Positions 1-9,415 of a DNA stretch of 48,072 nucleotides are shown here, piece after piece (the first letter of the stretch is position 1; each line of letters begins with the position of its first letter). The stretch lies in NCBI GenBank assembly GCA_964528565.1, contig CAZGSP010000061.1, forward strand, positions 1 to 48,072, read 5' to 3'. The DNA comes from an uncultured Pseudomonadales bacterium. GTDB taxonomy: Bacteria; Patescibacteriota; Microgenomatia; UBA1400; MFAQ01. The notes beneath the pieces are model-generated. The model was not told where the DNA came from. It ran no database searches and worked only from the letters and a program-made list of their open reading frames with translations. The translations under genes were made by a program, and so were the position numbers.

Positions 1-73
1 CCGGATTAAGGCTACAAGCCAAGGCCGATAAGATCAGAACGGCAATCAAAAACGGAAAAGCAAAACGTTTCAT
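1..73 (-). CDS. N-terminal fragment of a putative lipoprotein (gene continues past the window start)
   Basis: The reverse strand has GGAGG just upstream of an ATG (73..71). It then reads MKRFAFPFLIAVLILSALAC..., with a basic N-terminus, a hydrophobic core and an L-A-C lipobox-like cysteine. The ORF runs off the window edge. Confidence 0.5.
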   Translation of the reverse strand, partial: MKRFAFPFLIAVLILSALACSLNP

Positions 74-148
74 GAGCCTCCTTTTAAGGTACAGGGGTAT
101 TGTAATACAAAATAGCAATTATGGCGCAAGATGTTTGGGTTTTGTTAG

Positions 149-177
149 TTGACATTTGGGTATTGTTTGGTAATAAT
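149..177 (+). promoter_or_regulatory. Sigma70-like promoter of lexA (TTGACA, 17-nt spacer, AATAAT), apparently leaderless
   Basis: TTGACA lies at 149-154 and AATAAT at 172-177. The first plausible LexA start codon is at 184, only about 7 nt after the -10 element. Confidence 0.5.
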
Positions 178-183
178 GGATTT

Positions 184-804
184 ATGGCCGTAACACTATA
201 CAAAAGACAAAGACAGATAGTCGAGTTTATTTCTCAGTTTATCCAGAAGAACGGTTACTCCCCCACCCTGTCGGAGATCGCCAACGCCATCGGGGTTTCG
301 TCTCTAGCCACGATTCACGAACACCTCCAGGCCTTGGAAAAGAAAGGCATTATTCGGAAGTTTGACGGAGCAATCCGCGGGATCGAAGTGGTGGACAGAC
401 CCAGTGTGGAGCTAGCCTCTCTGGAATTGCCGATTCTCGGGTACATCGCCGCCGGGCGGCCGATCGAACCACTGACCGATCCAAATGCCACCATGAGAGT
501 TTCTTCTTCTATGGTATCAGGTAAGAAGCGGGCGTTCGTATTGCAGGTAAAAGGCGATTCGATGATCGAAGAGGGTATTTTTGACCATGATTATGTCCTG
601 ATAGAAGAGTGCGAGATTGGAGCCGTCAAGGATGGAGATATCGTGGTGGCTTTGCTAGAGAACGGTCTGGCCACGCTTAAAAGATTTTTCCGGGAGAGAA
701 CACGCGTACGCCTGGAGCCGGCGAACTCCTCCATGTCCCCTATTTTTGCCATCAACGTGAAAGTGCAGGGAAAATGTGTTGGGGTGATAAGGAAGTACAT
801 ATAA
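184..804 (+). CDS. lexA: LexA repressor (winged-helix N-domain plus S24 self-cleaving peptidase domain)
   Basis: The translation starts MAVTLYKRQRQIVEFISQFIQKNGYSPTLSEIANAIG...LQALEKKGIIRK (LexA DNA-binding domain). It carries the Ser/Lys dyad context VKGDSM ... ATLKRF. I moved the start from 121 to the ATG at 184 because the promoter lies inside 121-183. Confidence 0.9.
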   Translation: MAVTLYKRQRQIVEFISQFIQKNGYSPTLSEIANAIGVSSLATIHEHLQALEKKGIIRKFDGAIRGIEVVDRPSVELASLELPILGYIAAGRPIEPLTDPNATMRVSSSMVSGKKRAFVLQVKGDSMIEEGIFDHDYVLIEECEIGAVKDGDIVVALLENGLATLKRFFRERTRVRLEPANSSMSPIFAINVKVQGKCVGVIRKYI

Positions 805-807
805 AAA

Positions 808-825
808 CTCCCGCAAATGCGGGAG
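808..825. terminator. Hairpin between convergent genes (CTCCCGC-AAAT-GCGGGAG)
   Basis: A perfect 7-bp GC-rich stem sits directly after the lexA stop, between two convergent genes. A-rich sequence lies on its left side. Confidence 0.55.
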
Positions 826-833
826 CGGTAAGC

Positions 834-1061
834 TTACTTCGGAAGACCAATGTCCACGTTCTCGTGAGCAGTAGCAGTGATGGTTGTTTGAAATACCATG
901 CGGGTTGAGTTGTCGTCGTACACCGAGTTGTAATTCTCAACGACAATTTTAACCCGATATCCTTTCTTAACCAAATCTTCGACCAGCCTTTCAACATCTT
1001 CGGATACTTTGTCTGCATCTAATGAACGAATTGTTCTTTGAACGTAAGGCTTGTGTGTCAC
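834..1061 (-). CDS. Small hypothetical protein (about 75 aa)
   Basis: The ORF reads ...THKPYVQRTIRSLDADKVSEDVERLVEDLVKKGYRVKIVVENYN... A GTG start at 1061 is preceded by AAGGAG at suitable spacing. The longer 112-aa version would overlap the rsmI start region. No family was recognised. Confidence 0.45.
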   Translation of the reverse strand: MTHKPYVQRTIRSLDADKVSEDVERLVEDLVKKGYRVKIVVENYNSVYDDNSTRMVFQTTITATAHENVDIGLPK

Positions 1062-1111
1062 AATTACTCCTTTTGAGGTAAGGTGCGCTTCCAGGGTATT
1101 ATAATACATCA

Positions 1112-1813
1112 ATGAAACTGACAATTGTAGGCTTACCGATCGGGAATGTGGAGGATATTTCCGAACGGGCATTAAGGATTCTTTCCGAAACCAAGTTTAT
1201 TGTTTGTGAAGATACCAGAATGTTTAACAATCTGTGGAGTAAATTGGTTTCTTTGGGTAAGGTGGAGAAGCTGTCGGCTAGGCTAAAGTTTGTGAATGAC
1301 TTTAATGAGTATCGGGTGCTCCCCTCTTTACTGCAGGAGATGAATGGGTTGGAAGAAGCGGTGCTCGTGAGTGACGCCGGAATGCCTTTGATCTCCGATC
1401 CCGGATACAAATTGGTCCACGAAGGCTTAGGTATGGGGTGGGAAGTAAGTGTGGTTCCCGGACCGACGGCCGAAAGTGCTACCTTGGCGATCTCCGGTCT
1501 ACCGACCGATAAATACTTGTTTTTGGGCTTTTTGCCGAAGAAGGGGGGGAAGCGGCTCGAGATGCTAAAAAATGTCAAGATGATGTCGGAGACTATGAAA
1601 TTCTCGGTCGTGATTTATGAGTCTCCGGTTAGATTGGAAAAAATTATCTGTGAAATGGTAGAAGTTTTTGGAGCCGAGGCCAGGATGTGTCTAGCCCTTG
1701 ACCTGACCAAGGTCTCCGAAAAGATATTCCGCGGAAGTATGATTGAAATTCTCGAAGTGGTAAAAACCACAAAGCTCAAAGGTGAAGCAACGATGGTAGT
1801 TTCTTTGGCCTAA
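1112..1813 (+). CDS. rsmI: 16S rRNA 2'-O-ribose C1402 methyltransferase (tetrapyrrole-methylase fold)
   Basis: The N-terminus GLPIGNVEDISERALRILSETKFIVCEDTR and the SDAGMPLISDPGYKLV motif are typical of RsmI. Confidence 0.85.
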   Translation: MKLTIVGLPIGNVEDISERALRILSETKFIVCEDTRMFNNLWSKLVSLGKVEKLSARLKFVNDFNEYRVLPSLLQEMNGLEEAVLVSDAGMPLISDPGYKLVHEGLGMGWEVSVVPGPTAESATLAISGLPTDKYLFLGFLPKKGGKRLEMLKNVKMMSETMKFSVVIYESPVRLEKIICEMVEVFGAEARMCLALDLTKVSEKIFRGSMIEILEVVKTTKLKGEATMVVSLA

Positions 1814-3321
1814 TTTTCCCGCAAGATCAGATTTTTCCCGTTCATTTCCGGTGGTTGCGGAAGATCCAGTAGATTTAGGATCGTCGGGGCGATATCGCCA
1901 AGCTTACCTAACTCAAGCCGGAGGTGATAGTCGACCGGGTGATAAAGAATAAACGGGACGGGAAGGTTTGAGTGTTTGGTGTCAACCTCTCCCGTTTGAA
2001 GATTGATCAATTCTTCGGCGTTGCCGTGGTCGGCGGTGATGAGCAAATAACTACCGGTTTCTTTTGCTAAGTTTACTAAAGCTTTAATACCGTCGTCCGC
2101 GGCCTTTATCGCCTCGATGGTTTTATCGATCTTTCCCGTATGGGCAACCATGTCGGGGCAGGCAATGTTGATAACGGACAAACCAAAAGTGTCACTTTTG
2201 AAGTAGGCAGTGAACTCGGTGATCAACTTGTCGGTAGACATTCGGGGTTGCAGGTCATAAGTGGCAATTTTTGGAGAACCGACAAATAGCCGGGCTTCTC
2301 CCGGGAAGGCCAGTTCGCTTTGACCGTTGAAATAGTAGGTGACCATGGCGATTTTTTCGGTTTCGGCCGCTCTCAGTTGCAGTAGATGATTGTCGGAAAC
2401 GATCTGACCCAGTGTGTTTGTAAGCGTAGTGGTAGGAAACATAACGGGATTATCGAAGGCTTTTCGGTACTTGGTCATGGTTACGAATCTTAAATTGGTG
2501 AGGCCTGACTTAAGAAACAGCTCGGTAAGTTGTCTGGGGCGGTCAGTCCGGAAATTAAAGAATACCACTGCGTCTCCGGCTTTGATCCTGGTGTCGTTCG
2601 GGTTGTCCCCGATGGCCACCGGAGAGATAAACTCATCAAATACTCCACTGCGGTATTTTTTTTCCATGACCTCCACCGGATCATTTTCATATTTTTGGAC
2701 AGGTCCAACGAGACTATCGAAGGCAATTTGAGTTCTGTCCCAACGTTTATCCCGATCCATGGCATAATATCGACCCAAAAGGGTAACTATTTTTCCGGTG
2801 CCCAATTTATTAATTTCTTCCTGCACAAATTTAATTTGGGCGATCGAATTATCGGGTGGGCTGTCACGCCCGTCCGTGATCAGATGTAAATAGACTTCCT
2901 TAATGTCGTGATTTTTGGCAAAGAGCATAAGAGCATAAAGATGCTCGTTGTATGCATGGACTCCCGATGCTCCGATCATCCCCAAGATATGAAGCCGTGA
3001 ACCGAACGATTGTAGGTGTTTGACCGTATCAAGTAAGGCGCGATTGGTAAAAAAACTGCCATCCGCGATGGCCATGTTGATTTGGGCCAGATCCTGGTAG
3101 ACCACTCTCCCCGCACCAATATTAAGATGTCCGGTTTCACTGTTGCCATCCATACCTTCGGGGAGACCTACTGCCGGACCTGCGGCCAGAAGTTGGGTGT
3201 TAGGAAAGTTTTGCAGAAGATAGTTGAAGGTTTGTGGATCGGCTTCCGTAATCGCATTTCCGGGTGAGTCCGGCGCAACCCCCCAGCCGTCAAGAATACA
3301 CAGAATTACCCTTTTATTCAT
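1810..3321 (-). CDS. gpmI: 2,3-bisphosphoglycerate-independent phosphoglycerate mutase
   Basis: Motifs VILCILDGWG, NSETGHLNIGAGR (catalytic Ser region) and ITADHGNAE are present. The length of 503 aa fits the family. Confidence 0.9.
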   Translation of the reverse strand: MNKRVILCILDGWGVAPDSPGNAITEADPQTFNYLLQNFPNTQLLAAGPAVGLPEGMDGNSETGHLNIGAGRVVYQDLAQINMAIADGSFFTNRALLDTVKHLQSFGSRLHILGMIGASGVHAYNEHLYALMLFAKNHDIKEVYLHLITDGRDSPPDNSIAQIKFVQEEINKLGTGKIVTLLGRYYAMDRDKRWDRTQIAFDSLVGPVQKYENDPVEVMEKKYRSGVFDEFISPVAIGDNPNDTRIKAGDAVVFFNFRTDRPRQLTELFLKSGLTNLRFVTMTKYRKAFDNPVMFPTTTLTNTLGQIVSDNHLLQLRAAETEKIAMVTYYFNGQSELAFPGEARLFVGSPKIATYDLQPRMSTDKLITEFTAYFKSDTFGLSVINIACPDMVAHTGKIDKTIEAIKAADDGIKALVNLAKETGSYLLITADHGNAEELINLQTGEVDTKHSNLPVPFILYHPVDYHLRLELGKLGDIAPTILNLLDLPQPPEMNGKNLILREN

Positions 3322-4592
3322 GATGAAGGATTGATGCTTTGAAGATATTCTTGGATGAAGAGAAGACGATTGTATTTGGCCACTCTCTCTCCCCTACCCG
3401 GGGCACCAAATTTGACAAAATCGGCTCCAACCCCAACAGCAAAATCGGCCAGAAAGTCTTCATCCGTATCACCCGACCGGTGAGAGACAATGATAGAAAA
3501 ATCGTTCTTCCTGGCCAGTTTGATGACGGATACCGTTTCCGAAATGGTGCCAATTTGATTTGGCTTGATTAAAACTGTGTTGCAGGCGCCCTTTTTGATA
3601 GCCTCTTCAAGTCTGTTCCGGTTGGTTACCAGCAGATCGTCACCGACGACCATTAGCTGTTTGCCCACACTGATAGTAAAGTTCGTCCAGTCGTCCCAGT
3701 CGTCCTGGTCGAATGGGTCCTCAACGGATAGAAGACTGTATTTATGAACGAGATCGATGAGGAAATCCGCCAATTGGGAACCCGATAGGTTTTCTTTGAC
3801 ATCACTTATTTTGTACTTTCCGTTTGAAAAAAATGATGAAGCGGCGACGTCCAGCCCCAGATAAACGTCTTCATTAAGCTTGTACTTACTTTGCTCAATG
3901 GTTTCGACCAGGAGTTCGATGGCGTCGGAGTTGGAGAATAAGTTGGGGGCATATCCCCCTTCATCCCCCACCGAGTGAATGGCTTTTTTCTCCGTCAAAA
4001 CTTTCTTTAGCAGATGATATAGCTCGCTTCCCATTTCCAGGGCTTCGGAAAATTTTTTTCTGCTTGAGGGAATGCAATGGTATTCCTGAAAGTCCAGGTT
4101 GCCTGCTCCGTGTTTACCACCATTCACCATGTTAAAGATCGGTGTCGGCAGGTGTAGGGCCGAGGGAGTAGCCAGACCGTATTTTTGAGCAGTATATTCA
4201 AAGGTCGGCATTTCCGCACAGGATGCTCCCAACTCAAAACAAGCCTGGGAGACGGAAAGAATAGCGTTGGCTCCGAGTTTTGATTTGTTCGCTGTCCCGT
4301 CGGTATTTAAGAGAATTTGATCGATCTCGTTTTGTTTGGTTGGATCCTGCCCAATAAGATATTTACTGATTATTTGATTTACATTGGCACAAGCTTTGAG
4401 TACCCCCATACCGTCAAAACGATTGCGATCGCCGTCACGAAGTTCATAGGCTTCAAGCCGGCCCGTTGAAGCACCGCTGGGAATGGACGCCACGGCACCA
4501 TGGTCGGTGTCGGACCAGATGGTCGTCTCGATGGTCGGATTGCCCCGAGAGTCCAGAATTTCTCTGGCGTAAACGGATTTAATTTTTGACAT
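3318..4592 (-). CDS. eno: Enolase
   Basis: Motifs AREILDSRGNPTIE and SHRSGDTDEDFLADFAVG are present. It is 424 aa and has an ATGA overlap with gpmI. Confidence 0.95.
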   Translation of the reverse strand: MSKIKSVYAREILDSRGNPTIETTIWSDTDHGAVASIPSGASTGRLEAYELRDGDRNRFDGMGVLKACANVNQIISKYLIGQDPTKQNEIDQILLNTDGTANKSKLGANAILSVSQACFELGASCAEMPTFEYTAQKYGLATPSALHLPTPIFNMVNGGKHGAGNLDFQEYHCIPSSRKKFSEALEMGSELYHLLKKVLTEKKAIHSVGDEGGYAPNLFSNSDAIELLVETIEQSKYKLNEDVYLGLDVAASSFFSNGKYKISDVKENLSGSQLADFLIDLVHKYSLLSVEDPFDQDDWDDWTNFTISVGKQLMVVGDDLLVTNRNRLEEAIKKGACNTVLIKPNQIGTISETVSVIKLARKNDFSIIVSHRSGDTDEDFLADFAVGVGADFVKFGAPGRGERVAKYNRLLFIQEYLQSINPSS

Positions 4593-6865
4593 TATTTAAG
4601 TAAGTGTTTTTCAATGTGAGAGATGACCCTCCTGGTGTTGTCTACCGCATCGGGGCTGACCGAAACCGAGGTTATCCCCCAGCCAACCAGTTTCTCCACG
4701 AGATCCGGATAGAGACTGGCGGCTTGGCCGCAAAGAGAGCTCGTGATGTGATGCTTGTGGGCCGTTTTGACTACGTGTTCAAGGGCCCAGGTTACCGCGG
4801 GATTTCTTTCGTCAAATTCGGGCGCTACCGTTTCGTTATCCCGATCCGTGCCCAAAATAAGCATGGTCAGGTCGTTACTGCCGATCGAAACCCCGTCTAT
4901 TCCCACCCGAATAAAGTCTTCGAGGAGGATCACATTTGAGGGAATTTCCACCATCATCCAGAGTTTGAAGCTGTTGGATCTTGTTAAGCCGGAGGCAGAG
5001 ACAATTCTTTTTACCTTAACCAACTCATCGACTGTTCTAACAAAAGGGACCATTAGATGAAGATTTTTATGACCGAGCTTGTTTCGAACGATCTTGATCG
5101 CTTCCAGCTCCAGGTTGAAAACGGTCTCGTCGCTAATGTATCGATAAGCACCGCGGAAACCTAACATTGGATTTGGTTCGATGGGTTCGTACGCTTGTCC
5201 TCCGACCAGATTCCGGTACTCATTGGTCTTGAAGTCCGAAGCACGATAAACAATTGGTCGATCTCCGAAGCTATAGGTGAACTTGGCCAAACTTTCCGCC
5301 AGTTTCTCAATAAATATTTTTTCTTTACCGTCGTGGATCATTTTTTTGGGATGAACACCGATCTGTGCCATCATGAACTCTGCCCGCAGTAAACCAACCC
5401 CGTCGGCATTTCCCTGTGCCACTACGGAGGCGAGGTCCGGCTCTCCCAGATTGACATAGACATGGGTGGCAGTCTTAGGAAACTCTTCTTCCTTAAAATC
5501 TTTTGCTTCGACCGCCTTACCCTTTTCGGGGACGCCACCATAGATCGTACCGGTAGCTCCGTTCACGGTGATTATCTGATCGTCTTTTAGTTTTTGTGTA
5601 GCGATCTTGGTGCCCACAACAGCCGGTATTCCCAGCTCCCGTGACACTATAGCGGCGTGTGATGTCTGGCCACCTTTGTCGGTAACAATAGCCGCGGCTC
5701 TCTTCATGGCAGGAACAAAGTCGGGTGAAGTCATTTCCGTTACCAGCACATCTCCTTCTTTGACCTTATTGATCTCCGAAGCGCTCTTGATCTTGACCAC
5801 TTTGCCAAAGCCTATGCCAAATGACGCGGGCTCTCCCTGAAGAAGGGTGGTGAGTTTTAAAATTTGTTCTTCGGAAATATTCTTTATTCCTTTCCCCATG
5901 TCCAAAGTGGTGATGGGACGAGTTTGGACCAGATAGATCTTGCCGTCTTCGACCGCGAACTCGCTATCTTGGGGAAAGAAGTAGTGCTGATGAACTTTGA
6001 TAGATAGTTTGGCGACCTCAATGACTTGTTCGTCGGTGAGTTTGCGCCGGTCGACTTTCTCTTTGGGAACGTCAACTTTTTTGACACCGCTGGGGTACTG
6101 CATGATCTCCATGATCGATTGTGGGACCTTGTGTCTGGAGTGAATGGTTAAGGAGTCTTTGTTGACTATATAGTGATCGGGATTTACGACGCCTTGAACC
6201 ATATAGTCCCCCAAGCCCCAAACGGCCTCCACGACTACTTGATTTTTGTTCCGGGTCACGGGGTTCACCGAGAACACGACTCCCGAGACCTCAGACTGGA
6301 TCATGAGTTGAATGGGGACCGCCAGCTGAACTTTGAAGTGGTCGTAATTCTTGGTGGCACGGTAAAAGATGGCCCTGGCCCCCCAGAGGGATGCCCAGGC
6401 CTTTCTGACCGCTTGCAGGACATTTGACTCACCTTTGATATCGAGATACGACTCTTGCTGACCGGCAAATGAAGCATCCGGCAGATCCTCTGCGGTCGCG
6501 GAAGACCGGACTGCGACCAGGGGATTTTTTTCACCCGGTTTAAGACCGGCATAACTGCTAAATATTTCATCGGTTAACTCCGAAGGAATATTGGCGGTAT
6601 TAATAAGACGCTGAATTTTGATGGAGGCTTTCTGCAGACCCTTTTGATTGTTGACATCCGTCTGCCGAATGATCTCCCGGATGACAGGCTGAAGAGCGTT
6701 TTGATCTATAACATATTTGTAAGCCGCGGCCGTAACTACAAAACCATTGGGGACCGGGATCCCAAAGTGATACATCTCTCCCAGATTGGCTCCTTTACCA
6801 CCCACAAGCGGAATATCCTCTTTGCGTATCTTACTAAATGGTAGTACCAGGGCAGGCGTGGTCAT
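4592..6865 (-). CDS. ppsA: Phosphoenolpyruvate synthase (pyruvate, water dikinase) family enzyme
   Basis: It has an N-terminal ATP-grasp (VGGKGANLGEM), the phospho-histidine swivel motif GGQTSHAAIVSRELGIPAVVG and a C-terminal PEP-utilising TIM barrel (GSNDLT). Assignment to PpsA rather than PPDK rests on length (757 aa) only. Confidence 0.75.
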   Translation of the reverse strand: MTTPALVLPFSKIRKEDIPLVGGKGANLGEMYHFGIPVPNGFVVTAAAYKYVIDQNALQPVIREIIRQTDVNNQKGLQKASIKIQRLINTANIPSELTDEIFSSYAGLKPGEKNPLVAVRSSATAEDLPDASFAGQQESYLDIKGESNVLQAVRKAWASLWGARAIFYRATKNYDHFKVQLAVPIQLMIQSEVSGVVFSVNPVTRNKNQVVVEAVWGLGDYMVQGVVNPDHYIVNKDSLTIHSRHKVPQSIMEIMQYPSGVKKVDVPKEKVDRRKLTDEQVIEVAKLSIKVHQHYFFPQDSEFAVEDGKIYLVQTRPITTLDMGKGIKNISEEQILKLTTLLQGEPASFGIGFGKVVKIKSASEINKVKEGDVLVTEMTSPDFVPAMKRAAAIVTDKGGQTSHAAIVSRELGIPAVVGTKIATQKLKDDQIITVNGATGTIYGGVPEKGKAVEAKDFKEEEFPKTATHVYVNLGEPDLASVVAQGNADGVGLLRAEFMMAQIGVHPKKMIHDGKEKIFIEKLAESLAKFTYSFGDRPIVYRASDFKTNEYRNLVGGQAYEPIEPNPMLGFRGAYRYISDETVFNLELEAIKIVRNKLGHKNLHLMVPFVRTVDELVKVKRIVSASGLTRSNSFKLWMMVEIPSNVILLEDFIRVGIDGVSIGSNDLTMLILGTDRDNETVAPEFDERNPAVTWALEHVVKTAHKHHITSSLCGQAASLYPDLVEKLVGWGITSVSVSPDAVDNTRRVISHIEKHLLK

Positions 6866-7932
6866 TAGTGTAACTCCTTTTTTAAATAATCAACCCACGG
6901 ATTAATAGCCGGGTTGACTTTATTAACTATACCTAAATAATAACTAAACATCACCAAAAAGACCAGCGACTCGAATACTTGAAGAACCGTATCGGTGGCT
7001 TCCGGTTTGATCACGGACACCCGATATTTTTGTTTTAGTAAAATATCACGGGTAATCCGGGCTCTTTTTTGGATGATCTCCGGAAAATTTCCGGAGTTGA
7101 GGATGATAAAGGAGAGATCGTCTTTGAGAGAGGCCGGGAAGGTGAAGCCTTCCAACAAATGATGGTTCAGGTCCGGAAAGTCGAAATGAACGGCAAAGGT
7201 TTTGGCCGTCTCATTAAGATAGTTCCCAAATACATGGCCGATACCGGAAAGGTGATTGGCCGAAAGGAAGATGATACCCTGTCCTTTGTGTTTGGCGGCC
7301 AGTGATTTGGCCGGGTTATCCGGAGTGTCTTTGTCGATATTTACCATGTCCAGAACACGCTCAATGGTTTGGGTGATATCTTTTTGGATAAAGTATTTTT
7401 TGGCCAAAGGATTTAGTCTCAGCAAAAGACCAATGATGGCGCCCAAGGACAGACAAACGCCCGCTCTGGGGGACCGGGAGGGATTAAATTTTTCGTCCAT
7501 TTCGATAAGGGGGATCTGCTGACCCAGAGCGACCTCTTTTAACTTTCCGCCGGTGGTCAGACACACCGAAGGACAGCTTCTCATACCGGCATCTTGGGCG
7601 CAGGAAATGATCTCTTCCGTATTTCCGGAGTAACTGGATAAAATGATCAACGTGTGTTTGTCCGCGTAGGCCGGTAAGCGGTAGTTGGCGACTATTTCAA
7701 AGGGAACTTTCAGTATGTAGGGCGCCAGAGAGCGGATAATTTCGGCGGCCAAATTACTGCCTCCCATGCCGGTAAAAACAATATTTTTGATCTTATCCGG
7801 GTCAAAATCAAGGTTAACGAACTCGGCCGTATGCCAACCGGAGTCAAATTGATGACCAAACTTACCGAGCGACTCATATAAATCTATCGGGTCAAGTTTG
7901 CGATAATTTCTTCTATCATCCAGAAAATTCAT
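6865..7932 (-). CDS. SIS-domain sugar isomerase (bifunctional phosphoglucose/phosphomannose isomerase-like)
   Basis: A GMGGSNLAAEI SIS motif and a two-SIS-domain length are present. The start was moved to the ATG at 7932, directly abutting the upstream gene's stop at 7934. It has a TAATG overlap with ppsA. Confidence 0.6.
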   Translation of the reverse strand: MNFLDDRRNYRKLDPIDLYESLGKFGHQFDSGWHTAEFVNLDFDPDKIKNIVFTGMGGSNLAAEIIRSLAPYILKVPFEIVANYRLPAYADKHTLIILSSYSGNTEEIISCAQDAGMRSCPSVCLTTGGKLKEVALGQQIPLIEMDEKFNPSRSPRAGVCLSLGAIIGLLLRLNPLAKKYFIQKDITQTIERVLDMVNIDKDTPDNPAKSLAAKHKGQGIIFLSANHLSGIGHVFGNYLNETAKTFAVHFDFPDLNHHLLEGFTFPASLKDDLSFIILNSGNFPEIIQKRARITRDILLKQKYRVSVIKPEATDTVLQVFESLVFLVMFSYYLGIVNKVNPAINPWVDYLKKELH

Positions 7933-7933
7933 A

Positions 7934-9340
7934 TTATTTTTCCAATGCGTACGCATTGACATTTTCATTCCAGTCTATGACCGGATACTTGCTTAATATT
8001 ATTTTTAATTTGTTTCTGACTTCATTGTAGATCTTTTCATTTTTACCTTCAAATCTAACTGTAATATAGGGTCCGTTTTGAGAAGCCCGGGCGACGACCA
8101 TGTGATCGTCCGTGTCCAGTCTGATGCCGTCAAGTTCGTTTGTTTTTGCTTCCGGCCAGGCTACGACCAGGTCGTGCTTGACTTCCTTTTCGATAAGATC
8201 AAACTTGACGCTATCGGGAACCCCCAGTTTGATTTCCGGACTGCCGATAAGGGTTTCCACCGAGGAGGTGGCTTCCGACAAAGACTCGCCGTGCCGCTCC
8301 AAGAAAGACAGCAGTCTTAAGCAGGCGTAGGCGGCATCGTCATGTCCAAAAAAATTATCCATAAAAAAGATATGTCCCGAAAGCTCTCCGCCAAGCATGG
8401 CACCGGTTTCACGGATCTTTGACTTGATGTATGAATGTCCCGTCTTCCACATAATCGGATTCCCGCCAAGCCTGAGAATTGTTTCCGGGACCGCTCCGGA
8501 GCAAAGATTGTTGTAGATGATGGTGGCGTTTGGAAGGTTCTCCAGAACGTCAATAGCGAACAAGGTAACCATAATATCCATCCAGTGCAGGCGACCTTTT
8601 TCGTCGACGACGGCCATCCGGTCACCGTCGGCATCGAAAGCAAAGCCCAGATCGGCCTTCTCTCTCTCGACCTTCCGGCCCAGCTTTTTTAGGACATTGA
8701 TATCGGTTGGGTCGGTGCCATTTGGAAAATTACCGTCCAGCCGTTCGTTTTGGGTGATTACACGACAGCCGGCTTTGCGAAACAACCGGGGATAAAATTT
8801 ACCGGAGGAAGTATTTAGGGTGTCAACGACGATTCTCCACTTTTTGTTTAATTTGAAGTAATTGAGAATATGTTTTGAGTAGTATGGAAAGATATCCCGC
8901 TTTTGGTTTTGACCATAGCCGATCGAAAAACGGCCACTTTCAATTATCGATCTTAGCTCCTGGATTTCCGGTCCGGCCATGGTTCTCGAGTAGCCGATAC
9001 CCAGTTTTAGTCCGTTGAACTCTTTCGGGTTGTGAGATGCGGTGATCATGGCACAAGCCTTGGTAAGAAAGTGGTAGGAGGAAAAGTAAACGATCTGACT
9101 AAGAGAAAGCCCGATATCGATGGTGTCGATACCCCCGTCGTTCAGACCACGGATAAATTGCTTAGAGAGCGTGAGACTACTTTTCCGATTGTCTCGACCG
9201 ACCGGACAAAGTTTGATCCTTCTTTCGATAAGATAGGTGGCAAATCCCCTACCAAGCAAATAAAAAGTTTCTTCGTTTAAATCCCGGTCGACCAAACCTC
9301 GAATATCGTAACCGCGAAAAATATACGGATTTAACTGCAT
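7934..9340 (-). CDS. Phosphomannomutase/phosphoglucomutase (alpha-D-phosphohexomutase)
   Basis: It has the active-site TASHNP, the metal loop FDADGDR and the sugar loop GGELSGH. It is the first gene of the glycolytic operon on the minus strand. Confidence 0.8.
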   Translation of the reverse strand: MQLNPYIFRGYDIRGLVDRDLNEETFYLLGRGFATYLIERRIKLCPVGRDNRKSSLTLSKQFIRGLNDGGIDTIDIGLSLSQIVYFSSYHFLTKACAMITASHNPKEFNGLKLGIGYSRTMAGPEIQELRSIIESGRFSIGYGQNQKRDIFPYYSKHILNYFKLNKKWRIVVDTLNTSSGKFYPRLFRKAGCRVITQNERLDGNFPNGTDPTDINVLKKLGRKVEREKADLGFAFDADGDRMAVVDEKGRLHWMDIMVTLFAIDVLENLPNATIIYNNLCSGAVPETILRLGGNPIMWKTGHSYIKSKIRETGAMLGGELSGHIFFMDNFFGHDDAAYACLRLLSFLERHGESLSEATSSVETLIGSPEIKLGVPDSVKFDLIEKEVKHDLVVAWPEAKTNELDGIRLDTDDHMVVARASQNGPYITVRFEGKNEKIYNEVRNKLKIILSKYPVIDWNENVNAYALEK

Positions 9341-9415
9341 TAATTCAGTATACCAAGTACGGACTTGATTCCCAACCTTCCTGATATATACTCAAAGAAC
9401 TATTAATTGAAAATT

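Noticed and set aside
121-183. The N-terminal 21 codons of the 227-aa lexA ORF (MAQDVWVLLVDIWVLFGNNGF)
   Set aside because: This stretch contains the TTGACA/-10 promoter and the direct repeats. It is hydrophobic nonsense relative to the LexA fold. The ATG at 184 gives a canonical LexA N-terminus.
1810-1813. Convergent rsmI and gpmI overlap by 4 nt (CTAA holds both stop codons), as a possible regulatory antisense arrangement
   Set aside because: The overlap is limited to the stop codons and is consistent with the general genome compaction seen throughout the window. No additional structure is visible.
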